From: Candidatus Woesearchaeota archaeon
Lineage (GTDB): Archaea; Nanobdellota; Nanobdellia; Pacearchaeales; GW2011-AR1
Direction of reading: 5' to 3'
NCBI GenBank assembly: GCA_964545065.1
Contig: CAZJEO010000009.1
Coordinates: forward strand, 1 to 22,664
DNA length: 22,664 nt
In this document: one piece after another, positions 15,428 through 22,440 of the stretch
Layout of the letters: each line of letters starts with the position of its first letter
Position numbering within the stretch: position 1 is the first letter of the stretch
Translations under genes and position numbers: made by a program
Notes under the pieces: generated by a model
Database searches by the model: none
Seen by the model: the letters and a program-made list of their open reading frames with translations, nothing else
Told to the model about the DNA's origin: nothing

Positions 15428-17263
15428 TTAAACATAGTAACATCTTCCAAGATTACATATCTCTACCTTACATCTTCCTTCAGTACATCCACCTGGGCAT
15501 ACTTCTATTAATTTAGGAGCAGTTGAAACTGAGCAATATGAATCACATTCATATGTTTTATAGTCTTGCCAAACATCATTACTTTGACAAAAAGGATTTC
15601 CTATATAGCCATCAGTTCCACAACCTAAATCAGAAAAACATTCTATACCTAGAGCTGCTAAAATGTCTATCCTTGGAAAGCTCAAACCATTATCAGGATC
15701 AACAATTGGAATTCCAGTATCCTTCAACCTATCGCTTATTTCATCAGGTGTTAATGATGGTGAAGCTTGTTTTAACAAAGCTATAACACCAGCAACATGA
15801 GGTGTTGCCATAGATGTTCCTGATTTGAATCCATAATTGCCATTAAGTACTGTAGAAAAAATACCCCCACCAGGAGCGAGAACATCAAGCAAACTACCTG
15901 TATTAGTAAAATAAGATATAACATCTGCTTTTGTTGTTGAGCCGACTGAAATTGCATTTGGTGAGCAAGCCGGATATGAAATACCATTAGAATGCCCTTC
16001 ATTACCAGATGCAACTGTTACTGCTATCCCTAAATCATGTGCTGTATCAATAACTTCATCCATCCAAATTGGACATGTTTTTTCATTATATTTTCCTTCG
16101 CCAATACTCATTGTTATTGCTACAATATTATACTCACTACTCTTATTATTACACCAATCAACACCTGCAATCATCGCAGATCCTGAACATCCCTCAGAGC
16201 TCGAACATACTTTCAATGCGAATAATTTAGCATCAGGAGCGACTCCTCTTAGAACACCATTTGCAGCAACGATTCCTGTGACATGTGTTCCATGTCCATG
16301 GTCATCCATAGGGTCAGCATCATTATTAACAAAATCCCACCCCCCAGCAACCTTACAACCCTCACCAAAACAACCTCCCAAATCTCCATGAGTATAATCA
16401 ATTCCTGTATCAAGAACACAAACAAAAGTTCCATTACCAGTCATACCTAAATCCCATACCTTATCTGCATTTATTAACGGAACAGATCCAAAAAGGGTTA
16501 TATTTAATATTAGATCTTCATAAATTGCTTTTACATTTGGGTCTTGTTCTAATTCATCTAAACCTTCTTGTGTAATTTTTCCTGCAAATCCGCTAATAGT
16601 ATTATATCTATATTTAAGATGGAATTCATCTGGATCAAGCTTTAATAATGCCTTATCTTGTTTTGTCTTTACTATTGATTTTATTCCTAATAAACTATTA
16701 TCAGCTATTCTAAGAGTTTCATCGTCTTTTAACATAACAATTATATCTATGAAATCTTCATTCTCATTATTAATCATACTTTTTTTGTCATCAGAACTTT
16801 GAGAATTACTATCATCTACATCAGCTTCGTTATCTGTAGAATCAGAATTATCTGGAGGATTAGTTTCTGAATCTTCACTTTCATCACTAACCGAATCTGT
16901 TTCTTCATTATTTGAATCAGTAGTAGAATCTTCAGGATTATCTAAACCATCTAATTCACTTAAATCAGACTCTTGTGAATTTGAATCTGCATCAGAATTT
17001 GAATTACTTCGTGAGGAGCTTCCACCACCCCCCAAAAAAAGAATATTCTCAGGGTCGTCGTCATCTTCAATATAATTCCCATTTAAATTAAAATTTGACA
17101 AAGGCATTTCATTGTTAATGCCAGATTGTTCTATAACTGACTTTTCTTGTTTAGAATTCTCAAAGTTATGCATGATTACTGAATTAGATAATATTATTAA
17201 ACCTAAAAAAACAACTAAAATAGAAATAATTAAAATAGACATAGCAATATTTCTTTTCTCCAT
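15428..17263 (-). CDS. Membrane-anchored subtilisin-like serine protease (peptidase S8) with an I9-like propeptide and a C-terminal Cys-rich module
   Basis: The catalytic triad contexts are VCVLDTGIDYTHGDL (D), HGHGTHVTGIVAANG (H) and SGTSMATPHVAGVIALL (S). There is an N-terminal anchor IAMSILIISILVVFLGLIIL. A long Ser/Asp/Asn/Glu linker follows it. Confidence 0.9.
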   Translation of the reverse strand: MEKRNIAMSILIISILVVFLGLIILSNSVIMHNFENSKQEKSVIEQSGINNEMPLSNFNLNGNYIEDDDDPENILFLGGGGSSSRSNSNSDADSNSQESDLSELDGLDNPEDSTTDSNNEETDSVSDESEDSETNPPDNSDSTDNEADVDDSNSQSSDDKKSMINNENEDFIDIIVMLKDDETLRIADNSLLGIKSIVKTKQDKALLKLDPDEFHLKYRYNTISGFAGKITQEGLDELEQDPNVKAIYEDLILNITLFGSVPLINADKVWDLGMTGNGTFVCVLDTGIDYTHGDLGGCFGEGCKVAGGWDFVNNDADPMDDHGHGTHVTGIVAANGVLRGVAPDAKLFALKVCSSSEGCSGSAMIAGVDWCNNKSSEYNIVAITMSIGEGKYNEKTCPIWMDEVIDTAHDLGIAVTVASGNEGHSNGISYPACSPNAISVGSTTKADVISYFTNTGSLLDVLAPGGGIFSTVLNGNYGFKSGTSMATPHVAGVIALLKQASPSLTPDEISDRLKDTGIPIVDPDNGLSFPRIDILAALGIECFSDLGCGTDGYIGNPFCQSNDVWQDYKTYECDSYCSVSTAPKLIEVCPGGCTEGRCKVEICNLGRCYYV

Positions 17264-17393
17264 TGCGATATACTTTATCTCAATCTTATAAAGATTTATA
17301 TAAATTAGAATAACAATTCCAAGTTTATCTAAAAACCTGACTTAACCCGAGATTTTCTGTTTGCTCTAAAATAATTAATTCCTCCAATAAGAA

Positions 17394-17522
17394 TTAAAAT
17401 TCCTCCAAACCAAGTTTTTTCCGTATCAAATTTAAAATTTCTGTATTAAGATCTTTCTTAATAACCTCTTTAAACTTACTCCAAAGTTTCTCATCCTCTA
17501 TAAGAAGCAAATATTTTTTCAT
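17394..17522 (-). CDS. Small 42-aa protein, possible ribbon-helix-helix regulator (paralog 2)
   Basis: Not in the ORF track. My translation is MKKYLLLIEDEKLWSKFKEVIKKDLNTEILNLIRKKLGLEEF. It lies in a 121-nt repeat (17402-17522 versus 14433-14553) with 7 mismatches and no indels. Confidence 0.6.
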   Translation of the reverse strand: MKKYLLLIEDEKLWSKFKEVIKKDLNTEILNLIRKKLGLEEF

Positions 17523-17548
17523 CCAAACCTCTAAAATTGTAAGAAAAT

Positions 17549-19930
17549 TTACACAGTAATAAAAATAGAATTTTCGTTATTATTTTCATCTGTTTCAGAA
17601 ACAATATTATCTTGGTCCACTATTACTTTTGGGAAATAAGTTCCCGGATGGAGATAAACAATTTTCATAAATGCTCTTGTCCATTCTCCAGTATCAAGAT
17701 TTATAGGAGAAGTCCTTTTTGGATTTTCATCATCTGAATCAGTATCAATCATCCAATAAACTTCGTCTGCAGGAACTTCTCCAATGTTCTTGATTGTAAA
17801 TGAAACAAAAACTTCTTTATCTCTTATAAGATAATTCTTAAAATCTGTTACAGTTAAATCTGGCATTAAATATGGTTGATCTAAACATTCTGCATTTTCA
17901 CAACCATAAAGACAATCTTCTCTCGGTTGATTAGCATCTTGTTTTTCACAATATGAACTTATCGTACCAGGATTATGACAAATATATTGCGTATATGTCT
18001 GCCAAACATCTCCCAAAAAACAATCTCTATCGTCTGCCCATCCATCTGCCCCGCATTCTGCATTTGAAGAACAGTTTATTATAGAAGGTTCTTCTACACA
18101 TTCTCCATTTGAACAAATTTCTCCACTAGGACAAACATCACAATCCAAAGTTCCCCCACAACCATCATCCTGAGTTCCACATTCATACCCCAATGAAGCA
18201 CAAGTCTCAGCAACACAAACACCGATACAAGCTCCATCAGAACAAATATTTCCTCCAGGACAAGTATATCTCAAATAAACTACTCTTTCATCCAGACTAC
18301 AAAAAAATTCCCTCAACACAGAACCTCCCTCTTCAACACAGGAATCTGTAAAAACCCCATTAGGTCCACGAGCAGTCCCCTTCACATAATATACCAGCCC
18401 ACCATCAGAATCAGTACAAGTAATAGATGGCTGGCATTTCCCTCCAACACAATTCAAAGAACCACATTCTTCTCTTTTACTTTCTCGAACATTACAAGAA
18501 TCATACCAATAAACATCTCCTCCATAACATTTTGAAGAATCATGCGAACTACAAGATGAAACACAATTCCCATTTCCATCACACTCCACGTTTATCCCAC
18601 ATGAAACTCCCTCAGCATAATTCCTACAACTCCCCAAGATAGTTCCAGTACAAACCTCAGTACGTATATATTTACAAATTCCACAAGAATATTTTAATTG
18701 GTCATTAGACTGGCTACTACAATCAGCGGTATTAGAATCTTTACAATTACCAAAAGCTTCACATCTATTTGAAGTTATATCTTTTTTATTATAACAATAT
18801 TCTGTTGAAGTTGGACGTTGTGTTCCTGTTTGAATATACCATCTACTACAATCTATTGTTTCGCAAGAAGTATCATCCCCTGAAGTTAAACAACTTCCCT
18901 TTGAGTTACATTCCCCACATAATGCACAAGAAGTACCTAATGATTCAAATTCATATGGCCTACTTGAAGTATCACAGCAAGAACCAGAAAAACATTCGCA
19001 ATCAGATTCTTTATAAACATCATATTCAGAGGTGGAATATTCAAGATTATGGGTATAATCACTTGTCAATTTAACTAAAGCATAAATTTCAATTTTTCCT
19101 GTATCATGGGGACTAACAAATTGAGAACTCAAATCAATATTTTCAAAAACATATGAATAATCAACATGCAAATCATCACAATCAATAGAAATATAAGAAG
19201 TTTTTGATGCTATTAAATCATCTTTCAAATAATCAGATTCCATGATTTCTAATTCCATGTCTGCCCTAAAAGAATCCGCAAAAAGACAGGCAACACGCCC
19301 ATTATAATTAAGAGAAGGATATAAATCTCCAAGAACCCTCATATCTATCTCTTCATTTCCGCTACTGCCAACACAAACACTAGAAAGTAATGGTGGAGAA
19401 AAACGTATCCTATCAGGATCCACAATAATCATAATCTGCATATTAGAATCGCTACTCTTAACTTCAAATGAAGCTTCTGCACTATCATCTAAACCAGTCG
19501 TATCAACCACAGAACTAATCTCTAAATTTTCATTCTCCTCCACCACAACATCCCTAGAATCAGAATTTTCAGAACTACTACTCGCTCTTGAAGAACTAGA
19601 ACTACTTTTTCTAGAACTTCTTGAACTACTAGATTTGGTATTCAAAGAATTTATTCTTAGAATCTCCTCAACGTTATTGTCATTTTCTGTATTTAAAAAA
19701 TCTAAATCAGCTTGTTCTTTCTTATCCAGTAAAACAAGTTCTGCTCTTGGTTTCTTCCATATCTTAAACAAGTTCCTAAAAAAATCAAATAAATTAAAAC
19801 GTTCAGGATTAGAATTTAAAGTAATAACATCTGAATTTTGATTTAAATTAATAACCTCTTCTGCTAAAATTGGCAAGATTGACAATATCAAAACCATTAC
19901 AAAAAACAAACACAAAAATTTAGTTTTCAT
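17549..19930 (-). CDS. Secreted Cys-rich mosaic protein (793 aa) with a C-terminal CARDB-like domain
   Basis: It has a signal peptide (MKTKFLCLFFVMVLILSILPILAEE) and a poly-Ser linker. Multiple Cys-rich modules follow. The C-terminus reads PDLTVTDF...FTIKNIGEVPA...VDQDNIVSETDENNN, which matches the CARDB pattern. Confidence 0.8.
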   Translation of the reverse strand: MKTKFLCLFFVMVLILSILPILAEEVINLNQNSDVITLNSNPERFNLFDFFRNLFKIWKKPRAELVLLDKKEQADLDFLNTENDNNVEEILRINSLNTKSSSSRSSRKSSSSSSRASSSSENSDSRDVVVEENENLEISSVVDTTGLDDSAEASFEVKSSDSNMQIMIIVDPDRIRFSPPLLSSVCVGSSGNEEIDMRVLGDLYPSLNYNGRVACLFADSFRADMELEIMESDYLKDDLIASKTSYISIDCDDLHVDYSYVFENIDLSSQFVSPHDTGKIEIYALVKLTSDYTHNLEYSTSEYDVYKESDCECFSGSCCDTSSRPYEFESLGTSCALCGECNSKGSCLTSGDDTSCETIDCSRWYIQTGTQRPTSTEYCYNKKDITSNRCEAFGNCKDSNTADCSSQSNDQLKYSCGICKYIRTEVCTGTILGSCRNYAEGVSCGINVECDGNGNCVSSCSSHDSSKCYGGDVYWYDSCNVRESKREECGSLNCVGGKCQPSITCTDSDGGLVYYVKGTARGPNGVFTDSCVEEGGSVLREFFCSLDERVVYLRYTCPGGNICSDGACIGVCVAETCASLGYECGTQDDGCGGTLDCDVCPSGEICSNGECVEEPSIINCSSNAECGADGWADDRDCFLGDVWQTYTQYICHNPGTISSYCEKQDANQPREDCLYGCENAECLDQPYLMPDLTVTDFKNYLIRDKEVFVSFTIKNIGEVPADEVYWMIDTDSDDENPKRTSPINLDTGEWTRAFMKIVYLHPGTYFPKVIVDQDNIVSETDENNNENSIFITV

Positions 19931-20546
19931 TTTGAGTCAAAAATGTTTCAAGCCTACTTTTAATCTCTTCTTCTGGAAACCCATATAAAAATAAATTAGG
20001 AAATCCATATTCATTCAAAATAGATTGTGCACGAATTGTTTTTTCCCGATCATCTTCTGGTCCGACATAGTTGATTACAAAATCTCTAAGTCCCCTCCCC
20101 CAATAATCAAAAATAAAATCATCTTCTGCTCCAAAAGAAAACCGAACATCCCCTCTAAAAGATTTGTCAACAAGACTCTCCCCCTTCTCTAAAAACTGAT
20201 AACCTCTCCCAGCAAAAACCCCCTCCATAATTTCTCTAGCTTCTTCTTCATTAGGAGAATAAAAAGAATCTTCTGAAGGGGTTTTATCTTCTCCCCATTG
20301 ATTATAAGCCGTCGCCTCAATAGAATTAACTCCCTCCACGATAGGAATAAAAACTTCCTCACCTTCAAACTTCCTACCATTAGCATCAACGCGGACACCA
20401 TCAGAATTAATTGTAGTAAAAAGATATCTAACATTTCCATTATTATAAAAATTCCTTGCTACACCAATTATATCAGGTTGACAAGATAAAAAGACAGTGG
20501 CTAAGGAAAACAAAACTAAACGTCTCAATCCAGAGTAATAACTCAT
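19920..20546 (-). CDS. Putative lipoprotein (208 aa), possibly Tat-exported, function unknown
   Basis: From the ATG at 20546 the sequence begins MSYYSGLRRLVLFSLATVFLSCQPD, with an RR motif and an LSC lipobox-like site. The track start at 20564 is a TTG. A TATA box (ctttataatt on the minus strand) lies about 26 nt upstream. Its 3' end overlaps the next gene's start by 11 nt. Confidence 0.65.
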   Translation of the reverse strand: MSYYSGLRRLVLFSLATVFLSCQPDIIGVARNFYNNGNVRYLFTTINSDGVRVDANGRKFEGEEVFIPIVEGVNSIEATAYNQWGEDKTPSEDSFYSPNEEEAREIMEGVFAGRGYQFLEKGESLVDKSFRGDVRFSFGAEDDFIFDYWGRGLRDFVINYVGPEDDREKTIRAQSILNEYGFPNLFLYGFPEEEIKSRLETFLTQNEN

Positions 20547-20588
20547 AAAATTTAGAAGTGTCAATTAATTATAAAGATTTCTATACTT

Positions 20589-20792
20589 TCAAAACTCTCT
20601 CTTTTCTCTTTTTCCTTTCTTTATCAAATGAGTCATACCTGCAAGAATAATAAAAGCTCCTCCCACAAAAATTATCCATTTCTCAATCTCCAATATCAGT
20701 GCAGGCATTGTTATAAAAGCAAAAGCAAAATTAATAAAATATAATCCTAAAACCATGTGAATCGCAAATCCAATTGTTCCCCACTTTTTCAT
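20589..20792 (-). CDS. Small membrane protein (67 aa, 2 predicted TM helices)
   Basis: The sequence begins MKKWGTIGFAIHMVLGLYFINFAFAFI and continues with IIFVGGAFIILAGMTHLI before a basic tail. A promoter 17-mer lies 19 nt upstream of the ATG at 20792. Confidence 0.55.
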   Translation of the reverse strand: MKKWGTIGFAIHMVLGLYFINFAFAFITMPALILEIEKWIIFVGGAFIILAGMTHLIKKGKREKREF

Positions 20793-20810
20793 AAACAAAA
20801 TTAGAAGATA

Positions 20811-20827
20811 AACTATTTAAATATTTC
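20811..20827 (-). promoter_or_regulatory. A/T-box promoter core identical to the glyS core
   Basis: aactatttaaatatttc is identical to 2509-2525 and has the same 19-nt distance to the downstream minus-strand ATG. Confidence 0.5.
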
Positions 20828-20843
20828 TTAAGCCAATTGATTA

Positions 20844-20853
20844 ACTTTAAAAA
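20844..20853 (+). promoter_or_regulatory. TATA box for rpl44e
   Basis: actttaaaaa lies 22-31 nt upstream of the ATG at 20875. Confidence 0.45.
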
Positions 20854-20874
20854 CCCAAATCCTCTTTTTCAAAT

Positions 20875-21186
20875 ATGAAAATTCCGAAAGTTACAAACAG
20901 ATACTGTCCGTATTGTAAGAAAAAAACAGAACAAAAGATCAAAGTAGTCGGTACAGGTTTTCAAAGAGGAACTTTAACAAGAGGTTCAATATCACGTGCG
21001 AAATTAAGGGGCCTTGGAAGAGGAATTGGTAACAAAGGAAAATGGGGTTCAAAACCAGCCATATCCAAAAACAAAAGAAAAAGTAAAACAACTAAGAAAA
21101 CTAATTTCATGTATACATGTAACGAATGCGGAAAATCAAAGTATCAGAAAAAAGGTCAAAGAGCCGGGAAGGTAATGCAAGAATGA
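20875..21186 (+). CDS. rpl44e: 50S ribosomal protein L44e (eL42)
   Basis: 103 aa. It has the Zn-ribbon pairs CPYC and CNEC and is basic throughout. The N-terminus MKIPKVTNRYCPYCKKKTEQ is typical of L44e. Confidence 0.88.
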   Translation: MKIPKVTNRYCPYCKKKTEQKIKVVGTGFQRGTLTRGSISRAKLRGLGRGIGNKGKWGSKPAISKNKRKSKTTKKTNFMYTCNECGKSKYQKKGQRAGKVMQE

Positions 21187-21293
21187 TAACTAAGTTGTAT
21201 CCGTCGAATTGCACGAAAAGATGCCACCCTCTCGTGCCCTTTAGGGTATCAGCGCTTCGAGGAAAATCCAAAAAAACCAGGGGGTTGTTTTAA

Positions 21294-21821
21294 ATGGCAC
21301 AAGCAAAACGAAAAAAAAGATTTTTTGATGTAAAGATTCCTTTAATTGGAAAAACAACACACTTACAAGCTTATGAAATTAAAGAACTCGAAGGAAGATT
21401 TGTAAAATATGATTTAACAAGATTACTCAAAGGAAAGAGCATGTTGCTAACTTCAAAAGTAAAAATTGAAAATGATGAAGCAACAACTTATCCAAAAAAA
21501 ATAATGTTGATGGCTTACTTCCTTAAAAGAATGGTAAGAAAAGGAACAAACTATGTTGAAGATTCTTTCTCTACTCCTTGCGCAGATGGTGAATTAAGAA
21601 TCAAACCATTCCTTGTGACAAGAAGAAAAGTTTCAAGAGCTGTAAGAAAAGCATTACGAGAAAAAGCACGAGAAGAATTAATAGATTATGTTAAAGATAA
21701 ACCATCTGACTATTTATTTAACGAAATAATCAAAAACCAATTGCAAAAATATTTGAGTGTACGACTTAAAAAAATCTACCCTCTTTCTCTTTGTGAAATT
21801 AGAGTTCTAGAATTTAAATAA
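21294..21821 (+). CDS. rps3ae: 30S ribosomal protein S3Ae (eS1)
   Basis: 175 aa. It contains KKRFFDVKIPLIG, LEGRFVKYDLTRLL and DGELRIKPFLVTRRKV, and ends KKIYPLSLCEIRVLEF. A G-rich SD-like cagggggt lies 9-16 nt upstream. Confidence 0.88.
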   Translation: MAQAKRKKRFFDVKIPLIGKTTHLQAYEIKELEGRFVKYDLTRLLKGKSMLLTSKVKIENDEATTYPKKIMLMAYFLKRMVRKGTNYVEDSFSTPCADGELRIKPFLVTRRKVSRAVRKALREKAREELIDYVKDKPSDYLFNEIIKNQLQKYLSVRLKKIYPLSLCEIRVLEFK

Positions 21822-21860
21822 TAATAAATCTTTTAAACTAACCTATTCTAAATGTTTTAT

Positions 21861-21932
21861 GCCTGTGTAGCTCAGTGGTAGAGCGTTTGCCTTGTAAGCA
21901 AAGGGTCGGGGGTTCAACTCCCTCCGCAGGCT
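21861..21932 (+). tRNA. tRNA-Thr (anticodon TGT)
   Basis: The acceptor is GCCTGTG/CGCAGGC and the D arm is GCTC-AGTGGTA-GAGC. The anticodon arm is TTTGC-CTTGTAA-GCAAA and the T arm is GGGGG-TTCAACT-CCCTC. Discriminator is U. Confidence 0.9.
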
Positions 21933-21936
21933 TTTA

Positions 21937-22440
21937 TTATCTTCTTCTCCCCTTACCTGCTAATCTATGAAGCTCCCAAGCAATTAATCCCCCAATAATA
22001 ACAATTGCTCCTATTAAAATTATCAGGTATATTTTTATCTGAGCCATCTCAGAACTTTTAACATTAAAATTCGTACTAACTTCTTCTTTTTCATTTATTA
22101 TTACTTCTATTGTGTATATTCCTGCAGGCGTTTCTTCTGGAACTTTAATCGACGACAAAAAAGAAGCCTGAGTTTCAACAGCTTTCAACTCCCTTCTAGA
22201 ATTCAAAATTATACTCCCTTTTTTAAGTTGATAATCTAATCGAATGTCATGCCGTCCCGCTTTCTCAATGTTCTTAATCGCAATTTGGAATTGCAATGTG
22301 TCTCCTGCTTGTACTTCTTGATATTTATCTGGAATAGTCACAGAGAGTTCAAATGCAGAGATAAATTGTGAAGTTAAAAGAATTGCAATAAAGACAGAAA
22401 ATATAATTTTTCTTTTTCTCGTAACCTTTAGGTTATTCAT
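21937..22440 (-). CDS. Surface protein with a signal peptide, an Ig/CARDB-like beta domain and a C-terminal TM anchor with an Arg-rich tail
   Basis: 167 aa. The signal is IIFSVFIAILLTSQFISAFE. The middle section (GDTLQFQIAIKNIEKAG...PAGIYTIEVIIN) looks like a beta-sandwich. The C-terminus is IYLIILIGAIVIIGGLIAWELHRLAGKGRRR. Confidence 0.6.
   Translation of the reverse strand: MNNLKVTRKRKIIFSVFIAILLTSQFISAFELSVTIPDKYQEVQAGDTLQFQIAIKNIEKAGRHDIRLDYQLKKGSIILNSRRELKAVETQASFLSSIKVPEETPAGIYTIEVIINEKEEVSTNFNVKSSEMAQIKIYLIILIGAIVIIGGLIAWELHRLAGKGRRR

Noticed and set aside
17377-17408. Duplicated aattcctccaa (17377-17387 and 17398-17408), reverse complement TTGGAGGAATT, resembling Shine-Dalgarno sites
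   Set aside because: One copy is the C-terminal coding sequence of small ORF 2 (LGLEEF). The other is more than 110 nt from the next start codon. This looks like a local slippage duplication rather than a ribosome-binding site.
7208-20489. Numerous 60-130-aa antisense or out-of-frame ORFs nested in the large genes (for example 8953..9354, 11073..11339, 13132..13467, 15523..15786, 18769..19074 and 20189..20440)
   Set aside because: All lie inside much longer, well-supported ORFs. Their translations are low-complexity (Leu/Phe/Ile/Ser-rich), as expected from AT-rich antisense frames.
6795-20546. Diversity-generating retroelement targeting the Cys-rich surface proteins
   Set aside because: No reverse transcriptase ORF is present. 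I found no template/variable repeat pair (adenine-specific mismatched repeats) in or near the 3' ends of the large genes.
6795-20546. Integrated provirus or plasmid
   Set aside because: No integrase, capsid, packaging ATPase or replication gene is present. No distal copy of the tRNA-Leu 3' end was found within the window. Only the att-like scar next to tRNA-Leu supports past integration.
3174-20798. Track start codons at 3174, 4436, 4459, 4831, 20564 and 20798
   Set aside because: These are TTG codons translated as Met by the ORF caller. In each case a nearby downstream ATG is better placed relative to an A/T-box or gives the canonical N-terminus, so I used the ATG.
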